Below are positions 10,643 to 21,585 of a stretch of 64,000 nt of DNA, piece after piece (position 1 is the first letter of the stretch; the number at the start of each line of letters is the position of its first letter). The notes beneath the pieces are model-generated. The model saw only the letters and a program-made list of their open reading frames with translations. It was not told the origin of the DNA and did not search any database. The stretch lies in the NCBI GenBank assembly GCA_964399865.1, contig CAYNRJ010000001.1:138050-202049 (forward strand). Direction: 5' to 3'. This DNA is from an uncultured Candidatus Saccharibacteria bacterium. GTDB lineage: Bacteria > Patescibacteriota > Minisyncoccia > Phycocordibacterales > UBA2100. Position numbers and translations under genes: made by a program.

Positions 10643-11986
10643 ATGGCAACACGAACACTCATTTCTGAATTGAAGGATAAAGTCGGTGAATCCGTGACAA
10701 TTAAAGGCTGGATTTCCGTACGTCGCGATCAAGGAAAAATGGTCTTCTTTGATATTCGCGATCGATCCGGCACAGTTCAAGCTGTAGTACTGCCAAAAAG
10801 TGCAGCAATTGAGGCCGCAAAGGAGACACGGCTTGAATCAGTAGTTTCTGTCGAGGGAAAAGTGAATCAGCGTCCTGAAAAAAATCGAAACGCTAAGGTT
10901 CAGAACGGCGATATCGAGCTTGAGGTACTCGGCCTCACAATTCTCGCGCAAGCAGAAGTGCTGCCATTCGATATGTCTGCGGATGGCTTTAATCTCGACT
11001 CAACGACAGAGCTCGATCACCGCGCTCTCACGCTTCGTCACCCGCGTTTTCGCGCGATCTTTAAGGTTCAAGCTGTCATCATTGATTCATTCAGAGAGTT
11101 TATGAAGTCACAAGACTTCTTGGAATTCCAAGCCCCTGCGATCGTGCCCGCAACGGCAGAAGGCGGCTCGGAAGTCTTCCCGATAAAATATTTCGACCAG
11201 AAGGCGTACCTCTCTCAGTCACCACAGCTCTACAAACAGATCGTAATGACCGCATTCGAGCGAGTATTTTCTGTAAACAAGGTATTCCGTGCGGAGCCGA
11301 GTGCGACGACCCGACACCTCACAGAAATTGTTTCTCTCGATGCTGAAATGGCATTCATCGATTCGTGGCGAGACGTGAGAGACATGTCAGAAAAAACAGT
11401 AAAATTCATCCTGAAACAATTGCAGGAGAAATGCGCGACTGAATTGGAATTCTTACAGGCAACCCTACCAGTCATAATCGAGGAAACACCAACCCTCTCT
11501 CTCACTGAGGCTCAAGAAAAAATCGAAGCAAAGAGTGGACGAAAGGTTGTAGGAGATAAAGACCTGAACCCCGAGGATGAGCGTACGCTGTGCGAAATTA
11601 TCAAAGAAGAGACGGGTTCTGATTTCGTCTACGTATACGGCTATCCGACCCGACAGAAGCCATTTTACGTCTATCCAAACCCGGAGAAGCCAGAGTTTAA
11701 CGAGGGCATGGACCTGCTTTGCCGCGGTGTCGAATGGCTCTCAGGCGGCCGACGCATCAATGACTACAATCAGCTTCTCGAGCACGTAAAACTATGGAAA
11801 ATGGATCCTAAAAAGATTGAAATGTTCCTCGAAGCGTTCCGATACGGCGTTCCACCGGAAGGCGGCTTCGCTTTTGGTGCAGAACGCATGACTATGCAGA
11901 TCTTGGGACTTAAAAATATCCGTGAAGCAGCAATGTTCCCAAGGGATATGAGCCGAATTGATCAGCGCCTCGCTACCGAAGAATAA
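10643..11986 (+). CDS. aspS: Aspartate--tRNA(Asp/Asn) ligase, short archaeal-like non-discriminating type
   Basis: OB-fold N-terminus, QSPQLYKQ, FRAE...RH, YGVPPEGGFAFG.ER, FPRD; 447 aa with no GAD insert. Confidence 0.9.
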   Translation: MATRTLISELKDKVGESVTIKGWISVRRDQGKMVFFDIRDRSGTVQAVVLPKSAAIEAAKETRLESVVSVEGKVNQRPEKNRNAKVQNGDIELEVLGLTILAQAEVLPFDMSADGFNLDSTTELDHRALTLRHPRFRAIFKVQAVIIDSFREFMKSQDFLEFQAPAIVPATAEGGSEVFPIKYFDQKAYLSQSPQLYKQIVMTAFERVFSVNKVFRAEPSATTRHLTEIVSLDAEMAFIDSWRDVRDMSEKTVKFILKQLQEKCATELEFLQATLPVIIEETPTLSLTEAQEKIEAKSGRKVVGDKDLNPEDERTLCEIIKEETGSDFVYVYGYPTRQKPFYVYPNPEKPEFNEGMDLLCRGVEWLSGGRRINDYNQLLEHVKLWKMDPKKIEMFLEAFRYGVPPEGGFAFGAERMTMQILGLKNIREAAMFPRDMSRIDQRLATEE

Positions 11987-12007
11987 TAAGGAATATCCTG
12001 AGGAAAC

Positions 12008-12730
12008 ATGGATACGTTCAACATCACCACACACGTCTTTCAGGGACCACTCGAGACTCTTCTCAATCTTATTGAAGAGCGTAAACTTTCGATCTCTGAA
12101 GTCTCACTTTCAGAAGTCACTGACGCATATCTCGCATACGTCGAAAAGCTTCCTGAAATGCCGCTCGGGGAAACCGCGCAATTCATACTCGTTGCTTCCA
12201 CACTTCTTCTTATTAAATCGCGCACTCTACTTCCCACGCTCGACCTTTCTGAAGAGGAGCGCGAGAGTGTCGTTGAACTCGAACGCCGACTTGCGCGTTA
12301 CGCACTCATCAGGAAAACCGCAAAACTTCTCCGCGGCAGCTGGGGAACTTCGCCGCTTCTTCTTGCGACACGCGCCCCCCTTCGCGAGCCTGTATTCATG
12401 CCAGCTGAAACAACAACCTCGACACTGCTCAAGGCGGCACAAAGATTAGTTTCGATTTTGCCAAAACCTGAGGCCATGGCTCGAGCTATGGTGGCTCCTA
12501 TTCTTGCGCTCGAAGATGTTATTGCCGGGCTGAAAGAGCGTCTAACAACAGCATTCAAGGCTAGCTTCAAAGAGCTCACTCGATCAAAAAACAAACTCGA
12601 TACCATCGTATATTTCCTCGCTGCGTTAGAATTAGTGCGCTCGGGATCAATAAGCGTGACACAGGAGCGTCTCTTTGAAGACATAATTCTTACCTCCGAA
12701 TCAACCGGCGTACCTCGCTACGGCACATGA
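12008..12730 (+). CDS. scpA: Segregation/condensation protein A
   Basis: FQGPLETLL.LI, LLLIKSR.LLP, FLAALEL. Confidence 0.93.
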   Translation: MDTFNITTHVFQGPLETLLNLIEERKLSISEVSLSEVTDAYLAYVEKLPEMPLGETAQFILVASTLLLIKSRTLLPTLDLSEEERESVVELERRLARYALIRKTAKLLRGSWGTSPLLLATRAPLREPVFMPAETTTSTLLKAAQRLVSILPKPEAMARAMVAPILALEDVIAGLKERLTTAFKASFKELTRSKNKLDTIVYFLAALELVRSGSISVTQERLFEDIILTSESTGVPRYGT

Positions 12731-13314
12731 ATATGACACCTACTAAAAGTATCGAACAAATCGCATCGGCAGCTGAAGCAATGCTTTTCGCAGAAGGCGG
12801 CCCAATGTTGCGCAAAAAACTAGCGACCGCATTAGAGTGCAAAGAAGCTGAACTCCAGGAAGCGCTCGCCGCCCTCTCTGCAAGGCTTACGGGAGGAATT
12901 TCACTTGTCCAAACAGACTCTGAAGTAAGTCTCGCGATCTCTAAGGAATCATCAGGCGTCGTCTTAGCTGCACAGAAGAAAGAGCTCTCTCGAGACATCG
13001 GCGAAGCGGGCCTCGAAGTACTCTCTATTATTTTGTATTGCGGACCTTCGACGAGAGCGCGCATCGATTACATCCGCGGTGTAAATACTGCTTCAACGCT
13101 GCGTGCTCTGCTTTCTCGCGGACTTATTGAGCGGGAAGGAAATCCAGCTGATGCCCGCGAGTATTTGTACAAACCTTCCGTAGAACTCCTCGCACATCTC
13201 GGCGTCTCCAGAAGGGAAGAGCTTCCCGATTATGCTACGATATCCGCCGAGCTTGCGCGTTTTGAGCAGGAGCAAAAAAATGATAATGGAAATACCGAAC
13301 CAACTACCGAATAG
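12727..13314 (+). CDS. scpB: Segregation/condensation protein B
   Basis: EAMLFA, LEVLSII.Y.GP.TRA.IDYIRGVN. Confidence 0.93.
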   Translation: MNMTPTKSIEQIASAAEAMLFAEGGPMLRKKLATALECKEAELQEALAALSARLTGGISLVQTDSEVSLAISKESSGVVLAAQKKELSRDIGEAGLEVLSIILYCGPSTRARIDYIRGVNTASTLRALLSRGLIEREGNPADAREYLYKPSVELLAHLGVSRREELPDYATISAELARFEQEQKNDNGNTEPTTE

Positions 13315-14278
13315 CGCTCCGCTGACTTCGCTCCCACAGAGCATTTATTCCCGCAATATCGTGGTCACGATCGTTGGCGTCCTTATAATCCTGACAGCGG
13401 TCCTCATCGCAATAATCGGGTATTCACCGATACGTAACGAAACTTCTACTAACCTTGCTACTGCGGCTGCAGCGACCGAGACTGCATTCCGAGATGTAGA
13501 GATCCTTGGAGGTGCCGCGATCGTCATCGATCTTCAGACGAGGAAGGTACTCTTCGAGAAAAATGCAGACGCGCAGCTTGCGCTCGCTTCTCTTACAAAA
13601 GTTCCCCTGGTGCTGGCAGCAGCAGAGGTATTACAACCGAACACAATAATTCGAATCCCAAGAGAGATCCGGAGCGCGATGGGAGTGACCTTATTCAGAG
13701 AAGGAGAGGCGTGGAGCATACAGGACATCATTGATGCAACCCTCATCACCTCATCAAATAGCGGAGCTGAATTTCTATCTGAGCTCGCTAACGAGGAAAT
13801 GCATGCAAAGTATCCACTCTCGCCGAGCGAAAAGGCCGTTCTATGGAGAATGAATGAGATTGCTAAGGAACTTGGCTTGAGCCAAACGTATTTTCTGAAT
13901 GTAAGCGGACTAGATATTTCCACATCTCTTGCTGGCTCATACGGATCAGCACGCGATGTCGCAACAATGCTCGCGCACGCGTTCGAGGAAGACTCATCGC
14001 TTTTTTCGGGGACAGCACGAGGGGGAGTTCTTCTCACTTCGGAGGAGGGATCCGAGATTACTGCTGTTAACACCAACGAATCCGAGAGCGTGATCCCGGG
14101 TCTTATTATGGGGAAGACCGGGTTTACGGACCTAGCGGGAGGAAATCTCGGTGTAGTATTTGATGTAGGGATAGGCCATCCCGTGGTCATCGTTGTTCTA
14201 GGTTCGACACCAGACGGTCGGTTTGCCGATGTGCAGGCCCTGCGAGAGCGAACCATCTCTTCAATAACTTCTCAATAA
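13286..14278 (+). CDS. D-Ala-D-Ala carboxypeptidase (S11)
   Basis: SxxK (ASLTK), SxN (SSN), KTG motifs; N-terminal TM. Confidence 0.9.
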   Translation: MEIPNQLPNSAPLTSLPQSIYSRNIVVTIVGVLIILTAVLIAIIGYSPIRNETSTNLATAAAATETAFRDVEILGGAAIVIDLQTRKVLFEKNADAQLALASLTKVPLVLAAAEVLQPNTIIRIPREIRSAMGVTLFREGEAWSIQDIIDATLITSSNSGAEFLSELANEEMHAKYPLSPSEKAVLWRMNEIAKELGLSQTYFLNVSGLDISTSLAGSYGSARDVATMLAHAFEEDSSLFSGTARGGVLLTSEEGSEITAVNTNESESVIPGLIMGKTGFTDLAGGNLGVVFDVGIGHPVVIVVLGSTPDGRFADVQALRERTISSITSQ

Positions 14279-14284
14279 ATACAT

Positions 14285-15346
14285 ATGCTCCCAGATATCG
14301 TAAAAGTACTTGTTCCAGCCACGGCTTCATTCTTGATCGGAATGGCAATAACGCCGATCATCACTCACTATTTGTACAAATATAAGGCATGGAAAAAGAC
14401 TGCAGGAAAGACCGCGCTCGATGGCTCCGTCGCCGAAGGGTTCAATAGACTCCATGGCACGCGCGAGGTGCGGGCTCCGCGTATGGGAGGAATCATCGTA
14501 TGGGCAAGCGCTGCTCTCACTGTAATTGGCATTGCGCTTTTTGCCGCCTTTTTCCCAAGTGAGACAGCGGAGAAGCTCAACTTTCTCTCTAGGAATCAGA
14601 CGTGGATCCCCCTTGCAACGCTGCTCCTAGGGGCATTTGTGGGCCTTGTAGACGACTTAATGGTCATACGGCCAGGCGGAAAAGGAGTTCCACTTGTCGC
14701 TCGAATTGGCCTCGTTACAGTTCTGTCGTCGGTGATCGGTTGGTGGTTTTGGGACAAACTTGATGTCACAACTATCGGAATTCCGTTTGGCGCACCACTT
14801 GAAATCGGTTGGCTTGTCGTGCCTCTTTTTATGCTTGTCGCACTTGCACTCTACGCCTCCGGCGTTATCGACGGCATTGATGGGCTCTCAGGGGGTGTCC
14901 TCGGTAGCATATTCGCTTCATACGCAATCATCGCGTTCGCTCAGCAGCAGATCGATGTCGCCGCGTTTTCTGCTGCGATCTTAGGAGGCCTACTCGCGTT
15001 CCTTTGGTTCAACATACCTCCCGCGCGATTCTATATGTCCGAAACGGGGACAATGGCTCTTACCCTTACGATCGCGACTCTCGCATTCACGACAGATTCG
15101 CTCGGCGGGGGAGTTGGTATTGCAGTACTTCCGATCATAGGAGCAATTCTTGTTGCCACTGTGTTTTCTATAATCTTACAAACCATTTGGAAGAAATTCT
15201 TGGGAAGAAAACTGTTCCGTATCGCTCCACTTCATCATCATTTCGAAGCGCTAGGCTGGCCAGAATACAAAGTCGTTATGCGGTACTGGGTCCTTTCAAT
15301 CGTATTTGCGTTCGCGGGTGTGACAGTCGCACTCACGTCTATCTAA
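14285..15346 (+). CDS. mraY: Phospho-N-acetylmuramoyl-pentapeptide transferase
   Basis: P.MGG, G..DD, DGIDGL, WFN.PPARFYM, APLHHHFE. Confidence 0.95.
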   Translation: MLPDIVKVLVPATASFLIGMAITPIITHYLYKYKAWKKTAGKTALDGSVAEGFNRLHGTREVRAPRMGGIIVWASAALTVIGIALFAAFFPSETAEKLNFLSRNQTWIPLATLLLGAFVGLVDDLMVIRPGGKGVPLVARIGLVTVLSSVIGWWFWDKLDVTTIGIPFGAPLEIGWLVVPLFMLVALALYASGVIDGIDGLSGGVLGSIFASYAIIAFAQQQIDVAAFSAAILGGLLAFLWFNIPPARFYMSETGTMALTLTIATLAFTTDSLGGGVGIAVLPIIGAILVATVFSIILQTIWKKFLGRKLFRIAPLHHHFEALGWPEYKVVMRYWVLSIVFAFAGVTVALTSI

Positions 15347-15350
15347 TACG

Positions 15351-16451
15351 ATGTCAAAACACAGCGCACGAATTGATAAACCGCTTGCCATTATTCTCCT
15401 CCTTCTCGTCGGAGGCGGGATGATGATCTTTTCGTCCGCTGTATTCGGATCTTTAGGACGAGGTGTTGCTCACGCATCGTCAGTCGCTTTTAATCATTTC
15501 GTATTCGGAGTTGGCGCAGGAACAGTCCTCTTGATTGCGGCAACTTTCATAAACTACAAAACCTGGAGACGTTTCGCGCCTCACCTTTTTATTCTCTCTC
15601 TTATCGCAACCGCGATGGTGTTCGTACCATTCATTGGCTTCGAGCACGGTGGGGGAAAGAGATGGATCGTTCTCTTCGGGCAGACCTTCCAACCGTCAGA
15701 AGCGCTTAAGATCGGCACGGTTATCATGGCCGCCGCGTATTTTTCGATGATACGTACACGAATTGAAGATATGCGATACGGACTCGGGGGACTTGGTGCG
15801 ATCCTGATTGGTCCCGTTATTCTTCTCATGCTTCAGCCAGACCTTGGAACCTTGGGGATCATCGTCATTTCGACACTTGCAGTATTTGTTGCAGCGGGTG
15901 CGCGCTTTCGTGACCTTGCGATCGTTATCTGCGTAGGTATCACAGCGCTTGCACTTGTCGCGCTTTTCATGCCGCACGCGCGCGAGCGTCTTGTTACATT
16001 CGTTAACCCATCTCAAGCGCCACAGGCCGAAGGCTATCAGATCCGACAAGCACTTATCGCTGTCGGCTCCGGAGGTCTTACAGGACGAGGATTTGGACAA
16101 AGTGTGCAGAAGTTTACCTATCTACCAGAGCCGATGGGGGATTCTATTTTCGCGATAGCTGCAGAGGAATTCGGCTTCGTGGGAGCAGTCTCTATCATTG
16201 GGCTCTTCCTCGCATTTGTCCTGCGTAGTCTTGCCATCGCATCAAAAGTCACGGAATCATTTGGTGGACTGCTTATAGTGGGAATTGCCGCGTACCTCAC
16301 GATCGAAGCATTCATAAACATCGGAGCAATGCTTGGGGTCGCTCCGCTTACAGGCGTACCTCTCACATTCATAAGTCAGGGAGGAAGCGCAATGTTAATG
16401 TGTCTTTTCTCCGCGGGAATTCTCCTTAATATCTCAAAATTTGCGAAATAA
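15351..16451 (+). CDS. ftsW: SEDS peptidoglycan polymerase FtsW
   Basis: KRWI, FQPSE.LK, QPDLGT, YLPEP..D.IF, TGVPL.FIS.GGS; between mraY and murG. Confidence 0.92.
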   Translation: MSKHSARIDKPLAIILLLLVGGGMMIFSSAVFGSLGRGVAHASSVAFNHFVFGVGAGTVLLIAATFINYKTWRRFAPHLFILSLIATAMVFVPFIGFEHGGGKRWIVLFGQTFQPSEALKIGTVIMAAAYFSMIRTRIEDMRYGLGGLGAILIGPVILLMLQPDLGTLGIIVISTLAVFVAAGARFRDLAIVICVGITALALVALFMPHARERLVTFVNPSQAPQAEGYQIRQALIAVGSGGLTGRGFGQSVQKFTYLPEPMGDSIFAIAAEEFGFVGAVSIIGLFLAFVLRSLAIASKVTESFGGLLIVGIAAYLTIEAFINIGAMLGVAPLTGVPLTFISQGGSAMLMCLFSAGILLNISKFAK

Positions 16452-16465
16452 GATAAGATACACGC

Positions 16466-16984
16466 ATGATTAAACTTAAACAGATCCAAAAAACCTACCT
16501 CCCAGAATTCGTCTACGGTGGCATGGATGGCGCCGTAACAACATTTGCTGTCGTAGCGGGTACAGTCGGGGCAGCTCTTTCGCCCACAATCGTTATAATC
16601 TTGGGATTTGCGAATCTTTTTGCCGATGGATTCTCCATGGCTGCTTCCAATTATCTATCCACCAAATCAGAGAGAGATCTCGGTAAAGGGGAGGGGAGTA
16701 AAGCTCCTATAAAAACCGCGATCGCCACCTTCATAGCATTCATTATCGTTGGGTTCGTCCCACTCCTTTCATTCGTGGCGGCAACGTTTTACGAAAGTAT
16801 CCACCAGTACCAGTTCCAACTATCCATTCTGCTCACTGGAATCGCTTTCCTCATTATCGGTTTTGAACGAGGTCGCCTAGGGAACACCTCGATTGCTCGC
16901 TCTATCTTTTCAACGCTAACAATTGGCGGACTCGCGGCGTTTATCTCTTATATCGTCGGTTATTTGCTTCAGATGCTCATATAG
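16466..16984 (+). CDS. VIT1/CCC1-family metal transporter
   Basis: [35 protein letters not shown]. Confidence 0.92.
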   Translation: MIKLKQIQKTYLPEFVYGGMDGAVTTFAVVAGTVGAALSPTIVIILGFANLFADGFSMAASNYLSTKSERDLGKGEGSKAPIKTAIATFIAFIIVGFVPLLSFVAATFYESIHQYQFQLSILLTGIAFLIIGFERGRLGNTSIARSIFSTLTIGGLAAFISYIVGYLLQMLI

Positions 16985-17048
16985 CGCACCTATCTAAGCT
17001 CGACCTGAGAGGTCTACAATAGCCCGAAATTGCGGTAAAATAGGCAGA

Positions 17049-18191
17049 ATGAAAATCGCGCTTTTAGGTGGTGGAAGTGGGGGTCATTTTTACCCTCTTA
17101 TTGCCGTTGCAGAAGCACTTGAAGACATCACGAAAGAACGCAGACTTATCGAGCCAGACCTTTACTACATCGGCCCCGAGCCATTTGATGCGGAAACCCT
17201 TCTCGAACACGAGATACAACATATTCCAGGTTCAGCGGGGCGCACCCGTCGATACTTCAGCATTTTAAATTTCTTCGATGTGTTCCGAACAGGCTTCGGA
17301 ATTATTCGTTCTCTCATGACACTCTTCCGCCTCTATCCGGATGTCATATTCTCGACCGGTGGGTATGCAGCATTTCCTACTCTCTTTGCCGCTCGTATTT
17401 TAGGTATTCCAGTAGTTATATACGATGCTGATGCAGTTCCAGGACGAGTGTCATTGTGGTCGTCACACTTCGCCCGTTGGATCGCGCTTGCACATCCAGA
17501 TTCTGCAAAAAGCTTCCCGGCGAAAGTAATGGAAAAGATCGCACAAGTTGGGCATCCAATACGAAAGGAGATAGAAAAAACTGCAGCTGAAGGTGGTCAT
17601 GAATTTCTCCGATTGGATCCGACCGCACAAACGGTATTTGTGGTTGGTGGGTCCCTTGGCGCAACTACGTTAAATGAGACCCTGCTCGATGCGCTTCCTG
17701 AGCTCGTCACCAGATACAACGTCGTACATCAAACAGGCATCGCGAATTTAAAAGAAGTCACTGAGCTGTCCGAAGTCATTTTGAAGAATTCTCCGAAGCG
17801 TGATCGATATCGATCCTTCGGACTACTAAACACCTTGGCTCTCCGAATGACCGCGGGGATTGCAAATGTGATCGTCTCTCGCGCAGGGAGCGGCATGATA
17901 TTTGAAATTGCAGCCTGGGGAGTACCGGCAATCCTCGTTCCAATTCCGACTGACGTCTCCCACGACCAGATCGAAAATGCGTTTTCATACGCCCGCGCGG
18001 GAGCCGCGACCGTCCTAGAGCAGAAGAACCTCACGCCCCACCTTCTTGTTGCGGAAATAGACCGCCTCATGGGAGATCCCGTGCTCCAAGCAAAGATGAA
18101 AGAAGCTGCGCATGCCTTTGCAAGACCGGACGCAGCGAGAAAGATAGGAGAAATACTCATTGAAACAGGTCTCGAGCACGCACCGAAATAA
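17049..18191 (+). CDS. murG: Lipid II GlcNAc transferase MurG
   Basis: GGGSGGH..P, STGGY, GGSLGA, SRAGSG, HDQ..NA. Confidence 0.96.
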   Translation: MKIALLGGGSGGHFYPLIAVAEALEDITKERRLIEPDLYYIGPEPFDAETLLEHEIQHIPGSAGRTRRYFSILNFFDVFRTGFGIIRSLMTLFRLYPDVIFSTGGYAAFPTLFAARILGIPVVIYDADAVPGRVSLWSSHFARWIALAHPDSAKSFPAKVMEKIAQVGHPIRKEIEKTAAEGGHEFLRLDPTAQTVFVVGGSLGATTLNETLLDALPELVTRYNVVHQTGIANLKEVTELSEVILKNSPKRDRYRSFGLLNTLALRMTAGIANVIVSRAGSGMIFEIAAWGVPAILVPIPTDVSHDQIENAFSYARAGAATVLEQKNLTPHLLVAEIDRLMGDPVLQAKMKEAAHAFARPDAARKIGEILIETGLEHAPK

Positions 18192-18208
18192 TAGCTCGTC
18201 ATATTTGT

Positions 18209-19573
18209 ATGTCATCAAAAGTGGTAACACGTTTTCCTCCGAGTCCGACTGGATTTTTTCATATCGGGAGTGCTCGCACTGCGCTTTTTAATTATCTGTT
18301 TGCTGCTCACCATAAGGGCTCGATGCTTCTGAGATTTGAAGATACTGACACAGCTCGCAGTAAGAAAGAATTCGAGGAAGATATTCTTGCGGGTATGAAA
18401 TGGCTCAATCTGCCATACACACTTCCAAGTGTATACAGGCAGTCCGAGCGAACTGAAGTCTATAAAGCGGCACTTAAGCACTTATTCGATACAGACGCGG
18501 CATATATATCGGTAGAACCAGCTAAAGAAGACCCCACAAAGGAGGTGTCGGTTGTTCGTCTCCGAAATCCGGGAAAATCAGTGACCTTCAGCGACAGTAT
18601 CCGTGGTGAAGTTACTTTTGATACTACGGAGCTAGGGGACTTCGTTATCGCACGAAGTATTGATGCACCTCTGTATCATCTCACTGTCGTTGTAGACGAT
18701 CATGACATGGGTGTGACCCACGTCATCCGAGGAGAAGACCACGTGTCTAACACCCCTCGCCAGATCCTCATTCTTGAGGCTCTAGGCTATACGCGGCCGC
18801 AATATGCCCATATACCGCTCATTCTCGCCCCTGACCGATCAAAACTCTCAAAGCGTCACGGAGCTATCTCGGTTAATGAATACCGAGCTCAGGGCTTTCT
18901 TCCTGAGGCTGTTTTGAATTATTTGGCGCTCCTTGGTTGGAATCCTGGCACTGATAAAGAGATATTTTCTCTTGAAGAGCTCGTAGCGACTTTCGACATC
19001 ACGAAGATACAGAAAGGAGGTGCGATATTCGATATAAAGAAATTGCGTTGGTTCAATCGTGAGTATTTACTCAAACTTCCCCCTGGGGAGTTCAATAGGG
19101 AAGCGGGTAAGGTACTGCGGGATGCGCTCACTGCACGAAACCTTCCAATAAATGAAGTCATTATCGAGAAAATTCTTCCTACCCTCCGCGAGCGCATCGA
19201 AGTATGGAGCGACATTACAGCTCAGGCGGATGCAGGGGATTTTGATTTCTTCTTTAAGGCGCCAGAAGTAGATCTCGCAAAAGTTCCTGGAAAGGGAATT
19301 GACGTCGCGACTACTACCACTCATCTAGAGCAAGTATTTACTCTTCTTTCTTCTATTACAGATAAAGACTTTACAAATGCCGAGTCTGTGAAAGCTGCTA
19401 TCTGGGATTACGCGACGGAAGCGGGTCGCGCTGCCGTGTTATGGCCGCTACGCTACTCCTTAACAGGCAAAGATCGCTCTCCGGATCCATTTGTTGTGTC
19501 CTCTGTTATCGGGAAAGAAGAAACACTCTCACGCGTCAAAAGGGTAATAGATGCATTGAAAAAAACCTCATGA
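18209..19573 (+). CDS. gltX: Glutamate--tRNA ligase
   Basis: RFPPSPTG..HIG, RFEDTD, THVIRGEDH, KLSKR. Confidence 0.97.
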   Translation: MSSKVVTRFPPSPTGFFHIGSARTALFNYLFAAHHKGSMLLRFEDTDTARSKKEFEEDILAGMKWLNLPYTLPSVYRQSERTEVYKAALKHLFDTDAAYISVEPAKEDPTKEVSVVRLRNPGKSVTFSDSIRGEVTFDTTELGDFVIARSIDAPLYHLTVVVDDHDMGVTHVIRGEDHVSNTPRQILILEALGYTRPQYAHIPLILAPDRSKLSKRHGAISVNEYRAQGFLPEAVLNYLALLGWNPGTDKEIFSLEELVATFDITKIQKGGAIFDIKKLRWFNREYLLKLPPGEFNREAGKVLRDALTARNLPINEVIIEKILPTLRERIEVWSDITAQADAGDFDFFFKAPEVDLAKVPGKGIDVATTTTHLEQVFTLLSSITDKDFTNAESVKAAIWDYATEAGRAAVLWPLRYSLTGKDRSPDPFVVSSVIGKEETLSRVKRVIDALKKTS

Positions 19574-20838
19574 AGAAGGCCTATCTCAACACATCGCTAC
19601 TTTCACTTTTTGCACTCATATTCCTCATCCCTACAGCATCCTCGGCGCAGTCCGCGGCTGAAATACGCGCTCAAATAGAGGCGCAGAATGCTCAAATTGA
19701 GGCACTCAATAAGGAAATCGCTGGCTATGAAAAGGAATTGACGGCTGTGGGTGCTCAGAAGCAAACGCTTCAGACTACGGTAGCGCAGCTCGATCTATCG
19801 CGAAAGAAAATAACCGCCAATATCAACGTCACGAAAAACAAAATCAGTACCTTACAGCTCGAATTGCAGAATCTCGCAAAAGATATTCAAAGGGCCGAGG
19901 GTTCAATTGGTGTGAACGAAGCGGGTCTTGCGGAGTCGATCCGCCGAGTGAATGAAGCTGAAACAAAGAGTATGGTGCTCGCCATGCTCTCATCAGCGAG
20001 TATTGCGACTTTGTGGAATGACGTAGACCAAGTGCGAGAACTACAGGACGCTATGAACACCGAGATTCAGGATCTTTCGGCTCAAAAGACTTCTCTTACA
20101 GAAACGAAGAACGCCACAGAGAGAAAGCAGGCTGAACTTGTCACGCAGCAGAAAAATCTAACTTCTCAGCAAAATTCATTGGACGTAACTCGTCGCGCAC
20201 AAGCGGAACTCTTGGCTCAAACAAAATCAAAGGAATCAAACTATCAGGCACTTCTTGCTGAGAAAGTTGCTGCAAAAGCTGCCTTCGAGCGCTCGCTTGA
20301 TGAGCTAGAGTCAAAATTGCAATTTACACTTGATCCATCTCGCGTTCCACCCGCAGGAAAAGGAATATTGCGATGGCCGCTCGATAACGTGTACGTGACA
20401 CAGAAATTCGGTAGAACCGGAGATTCTGGTCGACTTTACGTATCTGGAACTCATAACGGAATAGATTTCCGAGCATCTATTGGTACTCCAGTAAAAGCAG
20501 CCCTCAGTGGCACAGTCGTCGGCACAGGTAACACTGATCTTATCCGGGGATGCTATTCGTATGGCAAATGGGTACTCATCAAGCACGGCAACGGACTCAC
20601 AACTATCTATGCGCACCTCTCCGAGATAAAAGTGTCCCAGGGCTCTACTGTTTCAACAGGTGAAGTGATCGGTTACTCAGGTTTTACTGGCTACGCGACG
20701 GGCCCACATCTTCACTTCGGTCTCTACGCCTCCGACGCGGTCAGCGTTCAGCAATTGAGCTCGGGTAAAGGATGCGACAAGGCAGTAATCCCTGTCTCGG
20801 CTGCAAGCGGCTATATGGATCCGATGGATTACCTCTAA
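19570..20838 (+). CDS. Coiled-coil M23 peptidoglycan endopeptidase (EnvC/MepM-like)
   Basis: Signal peptide, long coiled coil, HNGIDF, YAHL, TGPHLHF. Confidence 0.93.
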   Translation: MKKAYLNTSLLSLFALIFLIPTASSAQSAAEIRAQIEAQNAQIEALNKEIAGYEKELTAVGAQKQTLQTTVAQLDLSRKKITANINVTKNKISTLQLELQNLAKDIQRAEGSIGVNEAGLAESIRRVNEAETKSMVLAMLSSASIATLWNDVDQVRELQDAMNTEIQDLSAQKTSLTETKNATERKQAELVTQQKNLTSQQNSLDVTRRAQAELLAQTKSKESNYQALLAEKVAAKAAFERSLDELESKLQFTLDPSRVPPAGKGILRWPLDNVYVTQKFGRTGDSGRLYVSGTHNGIDFRASIGTPVKAALSGTVVGTGNTDLIRGCYSYGKWVLIKHGNGLTTIYAHLSEIKVSQGSTVSTGEVIGYSGFTGYATGPHLHFGLYASDAVSVQQLSSGKGCDKAVIPVSAASGYMDPMDYL

Positions 20839-21470
20839 TTCGTTCTCCACTCGGACTTCTCGAGGGTTTTGATTTCAAATTTCGTCACTTTACGCACGAG
20901 CCGAGAATTCTTTTTTGGCACAATAGGGAAGTGGCGGCTCTTGTCTAATCGTGTAACAAGATAATCCAAGTCTTCCTCAGAGGTCACCCATTTCTCTGGT
21001 GCAATTTTACTTAGATCAAATGGTGCGGAATATGCTTTCAAAGTCTTCCGGCCGTTCTGTAAGTAGTATTCGTGAAAATACGAGAGAGCAAGCTCTCGGA
21101 TCGTTTTGTAGATGGGATCTCGCCACCTTAGAACTGCGTGGTTGGTTTTTGATATTGCGCCCCAATAACCGTTTTGTTTAAATAGCCCGACGACGTGATC
21201 ATCATCGCCATCTAAAGTTTGTAAATCCAATAGAAGGGGAGTCGCGCCGTGAAATGCGAGCGCCGCGGCCGCGAGAAGCGCGCCTTCAAAACAGTGCGCC
21301 GTTTTCGCATGCAAAACCTTCCTCGGAGACATATAAGTCTCCCTGCCTTTTTCAAAATTAAATGGAAGGGAATCGAGGTAGTCTTGTATCTTATGCGGCG
21401 TAGAAAGCCGCCTCATTACAGCTCTTTCTTGGGGAGTGAGTGTGGCTCGTAATCGATCAATGTAAGTCAT
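20835..21470 (-). CDS. Conserved hypothetical protein, possible transglutaminase-like Cys/His fold
   Basis: AHCFEGALLAAA and DDHVV motifs; 211-aa ORF. Confidence 0.7.
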   Translation of the reverse strand: MTYIDRLRATLTPQERAVMRRLSTPHKIQDYLDSLPFNFEKGRETYMSPRKVLHAKTAHCFEGALLAAAALAFHGATPLLLDLQTLDGDDDHVVGLFKQNGYWGAISKTNHAVLRWRDPIYKTIRELALSYFHEYYLQNGRKTLKAYSAPFDLSKIAPEKWVTSEEDLDYLVTRLDKSRHFPIVPKKNSRLVRKVTKFEIKTLEKSEWRTN

Positions 21471-21548
21471 GAGCTGATTATACGTACAATATCAGTAGCA
21501 CATAAAATTTGGATATAAAAGAAAAACTTTGCGAAAGTATAAAAATAC

Positions 21549-21585
21549 ACCGCCCGCCCCCAAAGCAATCTCAGGGGGCGGGCGT
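21549..21585 (-). terminator. Intrinsic terminator of the cold-shock-like gene
   Basis: CGCCCGCCCCC/GGGGGCGGGCG stem followed by a T-rich tract on -. Confidence 0.75.

Noticed and set aside
21495-21525. dif-like half site GTAGCACATAA near the strand switch
   Set aside because: The second arm does not resemble the XerD consensus.
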